Part shown: one piece after another, positions 1 to 23,250 of the stretch
Layout of the letters: every line of letters starts with the position of its first letter
Numbering within the stretch: the first letter of the stretch is position 1
Origin: the human T2T-CHM13v2.0 reference genome, Homo sapiens
Assembly (NCBI RefSeq): GCF_009914755.1
Contig: NC_060946.1
Direction: 5' to 3' (one strand)
DNA length: 64,000 nt
Program-made: the position numbers and the translations under genes
The notes under the pieces: generated by a model
Seen by the model: the letters and a program-made list of their open reading frames with translations, nothing else
What the model was told of the DNA's origin: nothing
Databases searched by the model: none

Positions 1-510
1 GTGAACCTCTGTTTCCCCCAAGTGAGGTGGGGATGGTTAGCAGCCATACCTGCCTCACTCCCAGACCGTGGTGGCACTGTGGATGGCATGAAGTGGGCAC
101 CACAGTGCATGGGGTTGGCAGTTATATTTTTTTAAGGACCAACCCTCTCTGGGCCTCAGTTTCCCCATCTGAAAAATCAGAGGACTGGCCTAAATGATTT
201 CTAAGGATACTTTGCACTCCTGAGAAGAATGGAATCCCTTAGGTCCCTTTCCTGACTGGGGAAAACAAAAAGAACAGCTAGGCTATCTATCTAACTTAAT
301 CTTAAAACCAAATGTTTACTAAAGCACTTGGACTGGGCTGAACATGCATTCGCTCAATTACATCCACCCTCTCACCCTCACAGTAGCCTGCAAAGGAGGC
401 TTCACCATCTCAACTCGAAGATGAGGAAGCAGAGACCCAGCCATGGTGGGGCCCTGTCCCAGGGCTCATGCCTGTCGGGTGGGCAGCCAGGCCTAGAACC
501 CAGGACCAAA
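1..510. mobile_element. MIR fragments
   Basis: MIR core motifs (ctctctgggcctcagtttccccatctg at ~147-171; gatgaggaagcagagaccc at ~420-440). Confidence 0.6.
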
Positions 511-1589
511 GTGGAGGGGGGTGAGAAGAGGCAGCCATGAGGGCCCATCTGGTGGCCTCAGCATGTTAAGAAACAAATGGGTCCCCAGGCTAGGGGCACA
601 GCGCAACAGAAGCATCGAGGGCCTCTGCTCTGGGAGCCTCGTTCCTTCCCTCCTGACGAGCTGCAGTGGGCAGATGGATTCACATCCAGGATCAATCAAA
701 GTGGGGGAAGGAACTTTTCATTCATAACGGCCTCTGTTTACAGAAGAGAATCTTCCAAAGAGTGGAGTCTCCAGAGGAGGAAAAATAGCCAATAGTGTCC
801 TGAAGGCTAACAGCTGGTGGCCACAGCTTCCTGGTGCGAAGCGAGAGAGGCAGGGGTGTGCGCGCCCAGGGAGGCGGTGCTCCTGCTGCCCACTCTGGGC
901 ATCGTCACTCCCTTTACTGCCCCCTTCACTCAGGCTGGAAGCCCACCTTCTAGCAGCTGGGTGTGGCGGGGGAGGGATTCTCCTTCAGCCCTCAGAATAT
1001 TCGGGAAGGGAGAACTGAAGTGGGGGTTGGTGTGAGGGGTGGAGTGTATTCTCGGCCTGCCAGCTCCCAACCCCTGTCATCAGGATATCCACAGGTCACC
1101 CAGAACATGTGCCCAGGCCTTTCATCCGATAGGGCCACCAAGCCTGTGAGATGAGTGCAGGGCCTGGGTTTCTGAACCCATTTTGCAGAGAGGGAAGCTG
1201 AGGCACTGTGGGCTGTCTTCCTCTCTGCTGTCTCTCCCCACCATCACCCCAGAATGCCCACAGGACCCCATACCAGGTCAGCCCCCACCAGCACAGCAAA
1301 AAGTCCCTGCCCGACAGCAGCAGCTCTGGGCAGAGGGGGTTTCCAGGAGTCAGTCTCCGGGAGGCGGGGCAGGGGGTGGGGCACCCACAGACCAATGGGG
1401 AGGCCCCACGACTAGCTCATTCCCTCCCCCTCCCAACAACTCCCTGCTGGAGGGCATTGGTGGGTTCCTGATGGGGCCTCAGCAGGAGAGGTGGAGAAGC
1501 TGGGAGGTCTCAGATACAGCTCCCTGCCTCCCAACTCCGAGATGGGAGGCTGGGAAGGCACAGAGGAGACACCTGAAAAGGAGAAGGCC

Positions 1590-1745
1590 TAGTTCAAGTC
1601 CCAACTCTGCCTCCACTTGCTGTGTGACCTAAGGCAAGCTGCTTACCCTCTCTGAGCCTGTTTCCTCACCTTGAGAGCGCCTGATCACACCTACCTTACA
1701 AAGCTGTATGGGAACCTGCTCTATAGACTGGAAAGTGCCGTCTAG
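1590..1745 (+). mobile_element. MIR
   Basis: gttcaagtcccaactctgcctccacttgctgtgtgacctaaggcaag...ctctgagcctgtttcctcac. Confidence 0.7.
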
Positions 1746-2178
1746 AGGTGAGGGGGATTCAGGCTCTGCCCCTGGCCACATAGCACTGAGGACTCATGCA
1801 GCACTGTGCTTAAAGCAGCTGGGGTCCCCTCCTCCTGTCCAGCAGCCATCTCCAGTAGCCCGGATGCTGGGCCTTCACCTCCCAGTTGCCAAGAAAAGCC
1901 ACAGGGAGGGGAGGAGGGAGAGCAGAAGCTCCAACTAGCAGAGGAGCTCAACACTCAGGAGGGCAGGGTGAGAAGAGAAGCTGGAGACCCACCTTGACCC
2001 TCCTGTGGTCCAGGGGGAAACTGAGGCCCAGAGAAGATGATGATTAAATCAAGGTCAGCTGTCCAGTTACAAGAGTAGCTGGAGCTAAAAGCTAGGCAGG
2101 GGAGGGGGCAAAAGGCAGGTGGAGGAATGCATGGGTCGGTAGGCAGACAGACAGACACACACACATGAAGGAGCTTAC

Positions 2179-2222
2179 TTTGGGGGCCATCCTTTCCACT
2201 TCACCAGATACTCGACTTTACC
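2179..2222 (-). CDS. CBX7: CBX7 coding exon 2 (44 nt; GKVEYLVKWKGWPP + 2 nt of K)
   Basis: Acceptor ctgcttctctctctcttcAG (ends 2223) with a ctcAc branch-like motif upstream; donor |GTAAGC at 2178-2173; phase matches exon 1; chromodomain YLVKWKGW motif. Confidence 0.97.
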
Positions 2223-2883
2223 CTGAGAAGAGAGAGAAGCAGACACAGTGAGTCTCGTGGTTGCCCCTACAGCCACTCGGAAGGACAGTTAAGGCCCAAA
2301 GGAGCCCAGCTCCAAATCCCATCTGCAGACAGGTGTCTCCCCAACACACAAACACAATCCGGGGACTGTCCACCAGATCCTCGCCAACCCATATAACCGC
2401 GACTGCTGCATGCCCGCCCCATACTGCCCTCCCTAGGACAGCACAGGAGTGCGTCTGGGTCCAGCCACCTCTGAGGCTCCTGAGGCCCAAGCCCAGGGCT
2501 CATGTCACACACTGGGAGCTGAGACTGCACGGAGGTGTGCATGCGTGGCCAAAGACCCACAGTGTCTAGAGCCCCAGTGCACAGGTGGGAACGCTTACTT
2601 TCTTTTTTAGATTGGAAGAGTCTCCAAATACGAAAACATTCCTCTCTGGGGTAGTCCCCACGCTCCTCCCCCATCTGCTGAGTCCCCTTTCAGTCTGTGA
2701 GTGGCTGCCTCTGGCTCAGAGGTAATGGGCCAGTGACTTGAGGACTCTCAACTCAAAAGACCCTGGCAGGACCCCATGGAAGACTGGCAAAGTCTCCACC
2801 TTCAGAAGGGGTGGTCAGCCCTGTGGTTGTTAGAAAGTAGAGCCAGGCCCCTCCCTTCCTCACAGGCTTTAAAAGTTTACAGT

Positions 2884-3490
<607 letters not shown>

Positions 3491-4766
3491 CTCGCCCTCT
3501 TGTGCTACCCTGCGGGCTCCATCGTAGAGGGAGTTAGTGCTGTGCCTGCTTCAGGCTACACAGCACGAAAAGCACTGAGCTTTGTAGAATAAATCAATTC
3601 TCTTTTAAGTGGAGAAAACCCTAGGAAAAAGGAGAAGGAGGAGGAACAGCTGCCTCAATCAGAAGAGTAAAACCCCAAGCACAGCTGGAGGAAGAAAAGA
3701 TGCTCCTGACCACCTTGACCTTCACCCTTGGCCCGAGATGCCAGGACTGAGTTTTCTCTATGGAGAAAGAAGATGGGCTGCCAATCAGCCCAGTTGAGCT
3801 CCTGCTCTACCTCCCTATCTAACTTGCTCGGTGACCTTGAGCAGGTCACTTCCTCTGCCTGGGCCTCAGTTTTTGTCTCTGTTAAATGGGAGGAGGTGAC
3901 CCCCTAAGGCCCCTCCCAGTCGGCCTGGAGCCTCCCAAAGGGCTGCAGGGAGGAGGAGACAAAGGAAGGACAGTAGTGCGTACCAGGAAAGGAACTTCTC
4001 CCCAAGGATTTCCCCAGCCTTAGGCGAGCCCCCTCGCCAAACAAGTGCACGGGAGGTGTAGACGCCAGGCCCGGACAAAGTCTAGCCCCAAAGTGTGGGG
4101 TTCTGAAACCAGCAGAACAGACACCTCCTTAAATTGCAGGGTGTATGTTTTGAAGAAGGCAGATGGGGTAGGAGACTAGGGGATGCCCCAGCGCAGGGGG
4201 CGGGCTTCAGAGCCCTGGCCTGGGCTAGGAGTTGAGGTGGGGGTGGGGGCGGGGAATAGGGATGTGCTCGGGTGGGGGTAGAGGGGGCAGGATCGGAAAA
4301 GGCCAAAGTCCAGCAGGAAAAACTTCAGAGGCCGGAGGAGACTTTTCTAAAGCTCCACTTACAACTTGAAAGGATTTGGTGCCAAGCGTCCAGAGTCCCG
4401 AGTTCAAAACCCGGCTCTGACCATAACGCGCTAGGCAAGTCCTTTCAACTTGGGCCTCAGTCTCCCCATATTTACAATAAAAGGGGAGCGAGGTGGGATG
4501 GCGCTGAGGATCCCTACGTCCGATCCTAATCTCCAGCTCAGGCAGGCTCGGCCGCCACTAGCATCCTGGAGCGACAACTTTTGTTCTACTCGCCCTACAC
4601 GGTGGCAGGGAAACTGAGGCACGGGCTGGGGAGACGGGCCCAGCAGCGCAGGGCTGCCGGGGCCCCCGCGCCCCGCTTTCCCCTTCAGCCCCAGCGTGGA
4701 GGGAGCGGTGCTGGGGACGGGAGGGACCCCACTGGGGTCCTGGGAGCCGCCCCCGGGCAGCCTCAC

Positions 4767-4835
4767 CTTCCGCACGCGCTTCTTCCGGATGCTCTCCACG
4801 GCGAACACCTGCTCGCCGATGGCTGACAGCTCCAT
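4767..4835 (-). CDS. CBX7: CBX7 coding exon 1 (69 nt; chromodomain N-terminus, MELSAIGEQVFAVESIRKKRVRK)
   Basis: ATG at 4835-4833; translation matches the CBX7 N-terminus as I recall it; ends at canonical donor AAG|GTGAGG (4766-4761); lies in a CpG island. Confidence 0.97.
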
Positions 4836-5070
4836 GCGGGGCGGCGGGCGAGCGGGCCCGGGGCCGGGCCGGGCCGGGGGCGGAGCTGCGGGGCCGCGGC
4901 TGCGGCGCGCGATGCTGGGGCTGGCGGGGTCCCCGTCACCCTCGTCCGGGCGCGCACGCGCACGCGCACGCGCGCACACCCCCTCGCGCTCCCTCACGCC
5001 GCCGACGTTCCATTTTTGAACCTGCGCAACGTTTTCCTCGGCGCCGGCGAGCGAGCGCGCGCAAGGAGGG
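4836..5070 (-). other. CBX7: CBX7 5' UTR (TSS position approximate)
   Basis: GC-rich sequence between the ATG and the GC-box cluster that starts at ~5069; TSS inferred, not observed. Confidence 0.55.
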
Positions 5071-7544
5071 GGCGGGGCGGGAGCGCGCGGAACGGCCGCG
5101 GGCTCGGCTCGCGCCCTGAGGGTCAGCTCCGCCCCCGAGCTCCGCCCCCGAGCCCCGCCCCCGTCGGAACCCCGCCCCCGGGGCCCGCCCCCGCGGGTTG
5201 CGATTGGGCCGCGGGCCGCGAGCCGCGAGCGCTGCCGTGGGACTTATTTGGCTCGGTCACCGGCTGGGGCGGGGCGGAGGCTCGCGCGCCCCGTCTTGCT
5301 GTGACGCCGGGGCGGGACGTGATCCTTAATACCCAGGCGGGCGCCTCATAGCCTCCCGGTGACTGCCAGGGGCCGAAGTGGCAGGGCCCAGTGGAGCCGA
5401 CGACAAAGTCAAGGCTCAGAGCGGGGAGGCCATTTGCTCACCTCCCGCAGCGGAGGAGACTGGGCCCGAGGCGCAGCCCCTCGAGTTGCAGGAGAGCCGG
5501 GACCCAAAAGGCTTCCCACCGTGTCCGGACGTCGCAGGGCCGAGGTCTCCCTAATCCGGCCTTCTCCGCGGCGCAGTTTGGCCAGTGTCTCCACGTCCGT
5601 CCACCCACCCCTCCATCCGCCCTTCCATTTGTCCATCCACCCGACCCTCGGTGGTCGGTGCCCAGACGCACGGGTCAGACGCGGGCGCTGCCTCGAGGGC
5701 TCCCGGGCCGGGCCCTCGTTCGCGGCAGGAGCGGCCGCGGTGGAGCTGAGGTCCCCCGGGGACGGATTTTGCCGCCGCGCTGCCCCAGCCTTCCCCAAAC
5801 CCGCGTGTACTGGGCGCTAGGTGCGTAGTGGGGGCTCAACCATTTGTGGCACGAGACGAACTCTTGATTCCCCACCCCCCTTCCTTTTTCGCTAACGCGC
5901 CTCCATTCCTCACTGGGAGCCCGGAGTCGTCCCTGCTCCTTCCTGTACTGACCCCAACTTCTGTCGCTCCGGCATCCCCTCGGGGACTCGGGTCTGCCTG
6001 CCCTCACCGCACCCACCTCCCAGGTTCGCCCCGTCTTTTCTCTGGACCACAGCAGAGACCTCGCGGAGCTGCCCTCCCTCCGATCTCAGCCACACAGTGC
6101 CAGAGTGTGCTTCTAAAATGCAGATCTGACGGGGTCACCCTGTGCTTAAAAATTTTCCTCCCTATTTCCCTCACAATAAAATCCAACACCTCTTTCTGGC
6201 ACATAGAAAAAGAGAATAATAGATTCACACCTGACTTTTCATCAAGAGCAACAAAGCCAGAGAGAAAATAACCATCATCTTAGAATTATATATTCAGTGA
6301 AAATGTATTTCAAGAATTATGTACCCAGTATGAGGCACATGTATCCAGAACGTAGGTGAAATCATAGCACTTACAAATACAAAAACTTAAGAGTTTGCCA
6401 CTGGTAGACCCTCCGGAGGGAGATTCCAAAGCTGGAACTTCAGGCAGGAAAAAGATGATCCCAGACGGAGGTCTGATGCAACTGGGAATAAAGAAAAATG
6501 AAGAACAGCGATAGTGTGAAACAATAACAATGACTTCTGGATAAAAACAGATTTAAAATACACAACAGTGATGGCATTTACTTGGGTGAATGGAGTTAAA
6601 GTGTTCTAAGATCCTTATATTCTTCAGGAGGAAGGTGAAGATAGATACCAAATACACTTTGACGAATTTAAGAATCCAGATTGTCATTACTGGGATAAAC
6701 ACTGTAGGACTGGAAATACTGTGTATAGTTATCCAAATTATTGGAGGAGGAAAAAGAATGATTAAACCAACCCAAACAACTGTAAAGCAGGCAAGAATGG
6801 AGAGAAAAATAAATACAAGACGGGGCAGGGAGGGGACAAATAGACGATAGCTATAAATTCGAATATTTTGTGATTCAATAAATGCAACTAAATATTGCAG
6901 TTAAAATACAAAGATTATCAGAATGCATAAATAGCTAGATGCAGTTTACAAGAGAAACCCACAAGAGACACTTCCAAAACATAAAGCTAGTGATGGTCAA
7001 AAGTAAACACATGGGGGGAAAATACCACGCAAATGCTAACGAAAAGAAGGCTGGTGCAGTTATTTTAATATCGAGGGAAAAACATCACTAGAGATAAATA
7101 AGGTCATTTCATAATGAAAAGTGTCCAATTCACCAGAAAAATAGAACAATTTCACATTTGTATGCAAATCATCTTAAAATATAAGAAACATGAAGAAGAC
7201 AGCTAGATGGAGAGATAGACAAATCCACAATTATAGTGGGAGATCTTAACACTCACCCCTCCATAAGTGGTAGGAGAAGAAGAAAAATATTCAATAGTAT
7301 ATAGGAGATTTGAACACAATTAATAAACTTAACTAATGGACTTCATAGCACACTGTTATCTACCATGGTAAAATACTCCCCTTTACAAGACATGGAATAC
7401 TTACAAAAACAGTTCATTTCAATAAATTTCAAAAGTCAGAAATAACAGAATACATTCTCTGACCACAACACATATAAGCTAGAGATGAATAATAAAAAGT
7501 TCACTTCAAAAGCCCCATATGTTTGGAAAGTAAGAAGTATGGGT

Positions 7545-7835
7545 TTTTTTGTTTTTGTTTTTCATTATATTTATTTATTTATTTTGAGACAGAGTTTTGC
7601 TCTTTCACCCAGGCTGAAGTGAAGTGGCACGATCTTGGCTCACTACAACCTCTGCCTCCCAGGTTCCCAAGTAGCTGGGATTATAGGCACCCGCCACCAC
7701 CCCCAGCTAATTTTTGTCTTTTTAGTAGAGGTGGGGTTTCACCATGTTGGCCAGGTTGGTCTCGAACTCCTGACCTCAGGTGATTCAACCATCTTGGCCT
7801 CCCAAAATGCTACAATTACAGGCATGAGCCACGGA
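7545..7835 (-). mobile_element. Alu (internally deleted)
   Basis: Antisense Alu with T-rich tail. Confidence 0.9.
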
Positions 7836-7910
7836 AGAGGTACGTTTTTATGTTAACTAGCGGTTCAAAAAAAAGAAATTGTAATGGAAATTATAAAATA
7901 TTTTTAACTG

Positions 7911-9260
<1,350 letters not shown>

Positions 9261-9410
9261 AAAATATTTTTAACTGAATGACAATGGAAATATTACATAG
9301 TAAAAATGTTGGGCTATGGCTAGTGCGCTTCTTAGAGGGAAGTTTATTGCCTTTTGTGCTTATATTAGTAAAGAGAAAAGGCTGAGAGTAATGAACAAGC
9401 ACTCGTTTCA

Positions 9411-9905
<495 letters not shown>

Positions 9906-10743
9906 TCAAGAAAAAAGAGAGAAAACACAATTAACTAATATCAGTAATTAAAAGTTACAGAACCTGTAGACATTTTAAAAAGGAAAATAAAAGAGGATAT
10001 TATGAATAGTCTCATTACAATAGCGTAAAAATTTGAATGAAAGGGGCAAGTTCCTAGGAAAATATGCCTTACCAAAATGGTCGCAAGATGAAGAGAAAAC
10101 CCGAATGAGTACCATCCCTAGTCATAGTACCAAATTATGAAATACTTTCATAGCCAGTTACTGACCGTTTGAAACACTTTCCAGCCTTCACATGGAGCAG
10201 GGTCCAGAAGGCTATCCAGGCAGTAATTCCGTGATTTATGTGACATCAGAAGGTCTGGGGGATCTGGGGCATCCCTGGAAGAGTCATTGCACTTAGGAGG
10301 TTGATCGTAGCGGCTACATACCAATTGGTATGAAATTATTTTGGAATTTGAGCAACCTGAAGTCCTATGGCACCAGCTGGACATCAGACCTCCCCATAAT
10401 GATTAAAGGAAGGAAACCGGTAATGCTTCCACAAAGAAAGCTCAGACCCAGAAGACTTCACCTATAAGCTCTTGAAAGAACTCATTCCAATGCTACCCCC
10501 AACTTTTCCACATAATAGAAAAAGAGAGACTGCTTCCCAATTCTTCATATGGCAAGTACAGCACAAGAGAAAATTACAGGCCAATGTCACTTATGAATAT
10601 AGATACCAAAATCCTAAATAAAACAGCAAATCAAATTGAGCAGTATGTAAAAATGATACTACATAGTGGTAAAATTGGGTCTAATCCAGAAATGCAAGGT
10701 TGGTTTAACATTTGAAAACCAGTCAATATAATTTGCCTCATTA

Positions 10744-10924
<181 letters not shown>

Positions 10925-11169
10925 TTAAAGGAGGAAGACATGTGATCATCTCAGTATATGCAGAAATAGTTCAACATCTGTTTGTTTTAAAACTTGTAGC
11001 AAACTATCAACACAAGGGAATGTCTTTATCCTGGTAGAGGGCTCTATAAAAAACCTACAGCAAATATCTTAATGAATGTTGAAATGTGGAAAACATCCCC
11101 TTGAGATCAGTTACAAGGCAAGATTGGATGAATCCCCATTTCCGCTAAACATCACACTGGATATCCTGA

Positions 11170-11724
<555 letters not shown>

Positions 11725-12101
11725 CAGTTGATCCTTGAACAACACAGGTATGAACTATGTGGGTCCACTTATTCATGAGTCTTCTTCCACCTCTGGGAGG
11801 TGGCAAGACAGCAAGACCCACCCCTCCTTTTCCTCCTCCTCCTCAGCCTACAAAGCATGAAGAGATGAAGACCTTTATGATGATCCACTTCCACTTAATG
11901 AAGAGTAAATATATTTTCTCTTCCTTATGATTTTCTTAATAACATTTTCTTTTGTCTGGCTTACTTTATGGTAAGAATACAATATATAATGCATGTAGCA
12001 TATAAAATATGCGTTCATTGACTGTTTATGTTATAGGTAAGGCTTCCAATCAACAGTAGATTATTAGTAGTTAAGTTTTGGGAGAGTCAAAAGTTATATG
12101 A
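11725..12101 (+). mobile_element. Tigger2/MER28-like Tc1-mariner element (right end missing)
   Basis: TA|CAGTTGATCCTTGAACAACAC terminus; internal gatgaagacctttatgatgatccacttccacttaatgaa. Confidence 0.8.
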
Positions 12102-12788
<687 letters not shown>

Positions 12789-13082
12789 AAGACCATCATT
12801 ATTTTCAGATTTTATGTAGAAAATTTTAAAAATCTTCAGAATATTTATTATAATTAATAAGAAAATTTAGCAAATTGTTGGATAAAATATCAACAGACAA
12901 AAACCTATTGTGTTTTGTGTTTCCATATGCCAGTAATAATTAGAAAATGAAGTAAAATATTATTTATATTATAATAAAAATATGTAAGATATCTGGGAAT
13001 AAATCTAATGAAAATATGCAAGGCCCTTATGGAATAAAATCATAAAATTATATTGCAAGACATTAAAGAAGATCTAAATTTA

Positions 13083-18811
<5,729 letters not shown>

Positions 18812-19102
18812 AGTGCAGTGGCTCACACCTGTAATCCCAGCACTTTGGGAGGCTGAGGTGGGCAGATCACGAGGTCAGGAGTTCAAGACCAGCCTGACCG
18901 ACATGGTGAAATCCCCTCTCTACTAAAAATAGAAAAATTAGCCAGGCATGGTGTCATGCACCTGTAATCCCAGCTACTCAGGAGGCTGAGGCAGGAGAAT
19001 CGCTTTAACCCAGGAGATGGAGGTTGCAGTGAGCCGAGATCACGTCACTGCACTCCAGCCTGGGTGACAATGCAAGATTCTGTTAAAAAAAAAAAAAAAA
19101 AA

Positions 19103-20650
<1,548 letters not shown>

Positions 20651-20957
20651 GGCCAGGCGCGGTGGCTCATGCCTGTAATCTCAGCACTTTGGGAAGCTGA
20701 GGGCGGCAGATCATGAGGTCAGGAGTTTGAGACCAGCTTGACCAACATGGTGAAACCCCATCTCTACTAAAAATTAGCCGGGTGGGGTGGCATGCACCTG
20801 TAATCCCAGCTACTCAGGAGGCTGAGGCAGGCGAATCACTTGAACCCAGGAGGTGGAGGTTGCAGTGAGCTGAGATCACACCACTGCACTACAGCCTGGG
20901 TGACAGAGCGTGATCCTGTCTCAAAAAAAAAAAAAAAAAAAAAAGAATCTTGCAGAA

Positions 20958-21085
20958 CTATATGATATGTGTGTATATGTACACATTATAAATATAAATT
21001 ATATGCATGTATAATGACGTGTGTATCCATATAATAAGAAAATACATATATATACATTACACAGGTATAATTTTGATGTGTAAAT
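20958..21085. repeat. TA/CA/TG low-complexity tract
   Basis: Degenerate (TA)n/(TG)n. Confidence 0.7.
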
Positions 21086-21465
21086 ACCAAAAAAAGAGGC
21101 CCTGAATATAATCTCTAAGGGAAGGCAGTCGGGGGGCCTCTGCAACTGCCTGTGGACCTTCGCTGGAGGGAAACAGGACTGAGGTGGGTGGGCTACTCAG
21201 GAAGCCTCTGCATGGCCCAGCAAAGACAAGAGCATGGCCTAGACTATGGCCCTGCAGGAGAATGGAGAGAGGTAATCAGATTAGAGAGAGAGAAAAGATG
21301 TGGTGAATTAACTGGGGTATGGGGCAGGTAGAAGGTCAGTTTGGATGCCCCAGTCTGGGAAAGCATAGTGCCCTCCACTGAGCTGAGGCTTCTCCTTTCA
21401 GAGGGGAAACAGACGTCATCAGAGGAGAAGCCCCTCACCTTCCTGCCTCAAACCCCCGCCCCAGG

Positions 21466-21635
21466 AGGACCACCTTCATGGGCAGGTGGTCAGTCAGTCA
21501 CACAGGACTTCCCTCCTCAAAGGGCCAGGCATGTGGCTTAATGCTCTGCTGTCTTGAAATTCATAACAATTGTTGAACAAAGGGCTCCATGTTTTCATTC
21601 TGCATGGGACCCCACAAATTATGCAGCCACCCCTT
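21466..21635 (+). mobile_element. MER45A-like hAT-Tip100 MITE
   Basis: ttaatgctctgctgtcttgaaattc...ttgaacaaaggg...ttttcattctgcatgggaccccacaaattatgcagcc. Confidence 0.7.
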
Positions 21636-21679
21636 CCCACCCCCAGTATGTCTATACCCATGTCTGGCTCGCGTTACCT

Positions 21680-21970
21680 GCTCAGGCATCAAAATTATCT
21701 GTAGAGCTTGTAAAAACCCAAACTCTCAGACCCACCTCCACCTCTATGTGGGTTCCTGATGTCAAGGACAACTGCCACCATCCTCTAAGTGTCTTAGACC
21801 TTCTGTCCTCAAAGTGTGGTCTGAGACCTGCAGCATCAACCTCACTCGAGAGCTTGTCAGAAATGCAGATTCCCAGGATCCACCCCACACCCACTGAGTC
21901 AGAACCTGCAGTGTAGCAGGACCCCCAGGGGACTCACCTGCACATTTATTTGTGAGAAGTACCGTCTTAG
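21680..21970. mobile_element. MER5A-like elements (partial ~21680-21750 and fuller ~21800-21970)
   Basis: ctcaaagtgtggtc...agcatcaacctcactcgagagcttgtcagaaatgcagattcccagg...cccactgagtcagaacctg. Confidence 0.75.
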
Positions 21971-22049
21971 GCTATCTCAAGGGAACATTCTAGACTTTTC
22001 CCCCTAATTCACAGGTCACCAGGTACTGCGAGTTATTCCCTAATTACAT

Positions 22050-22760
22050 CACACATCCCGCTGCAACTGCCCCCAGGATGGCTCCTCTTGGAGGTCCCAC
22101 GACCTCTCAAACTGAACATACCCAGACCTGAGCGCCCTGCCCTCTTCTTCTCCCAAGTCACTTCTTCCTCCCCCTCCTCCTCCCCTTTTTCCAGTACCTG
22201 TCCAGGTGAACTGAGCCAGCCAAGCCAGGTACCCAAGGAGTGTTCCAGGGCCTCCTCTGGCTCACCTCCCTCCACCTCTCACCATCCCCTTCTCCCAGTC
22301 TCTATAGCCACCACCAACCACCCTCCAAGACGTAGCCACCAGCACCTCTCACTTCAGCCACCTCCACCATCTCGCACTGGCAGTGGACTGACCATGTCAC
22401 TCCCTAGAACGACCCCTCGGTGGCTCTCAGCTCAGGGCTGTTCTGCAATGGCACACCTCCACACCTGCTCTCTGCTTACTAAATGCTTCCACTATTACTA
22501 TTGCTTCCAGCTTTCAAAACGAAGCCTGATCAGCTTCTCCTCCACAGCCTGCCCTGGCTACCCCTCTGCCTGCCCCCACCAAAACTTCTGGGCTCCCCTC
22601 AGCCACAGCCCTGGTCCTGCTGTGGTCTGTGAGTTTCCCCCAGCAGCCTGAGAGCACCTCTGGGAGGGACAGGGAACTGCCTGATTCAATCACCAGCCTG
22701 GTGCTCTGCCTGGGGCCATGCACACAATAGGGGTCCTGTGTTTGAGTAGATAAAGGCCCA
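22050..22760 (+). mobile_element. L2 fragments
   Basis: cctctcaaactgaacatacccagacctgag and a degenerate L2 3' tail. Confidence 0.5.
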
Positions 22761-22865
22761 GTGAGGGGCTAGCCTTCAGCAAGCCACAGGGAGATGGCAG
22801 AAGATGGGGTTACGCAGCGGGAGTGGGGAAAGCTGTTACAGAGGTGCCCTTGTGGACCCAGCTAT

Positions 22866-23250
<385 letters not shown>

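Larger units (their letters stand above)
1..2178 (-). other. CBX7: CBX7 intron 2 (partial; exon 3 lies left of the window)
   Basis: Donor GTAAGC at 2178; the expected continuation (YSTWEPEE...) is not visible in 1-2178. Confidence 0.85.
4480..5900. promoter_or_regulatory. CpG island / CBX7 promoter
   Basis: Very high GC and CpG density; GC boxes (GGGGCGGGGC ~5069-5078, five CCGCCCCC units 5129-5193, GGGGCGGGGCGG ~5266-5277); CCAAT box on minus strand (ATTGG 5203-5207); NRF1-like GCGCACGCGCA repeats 4950-4976. Confidence 0.9.

Noticed and set aside
541-559. CTCF-like CCACCAGATGGGCC (minus strand; similar at 36541)
   Set aside because: Mismatch in the conserved GGC position; weaker than the 23376 site
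4431-4997. 188-aa ORF as a single-exon protein
   Set aside because: Only 4767-4835 is CBX7 coding sequence; the rest is 5' UTR and read-through past a canonical donor into intron 1
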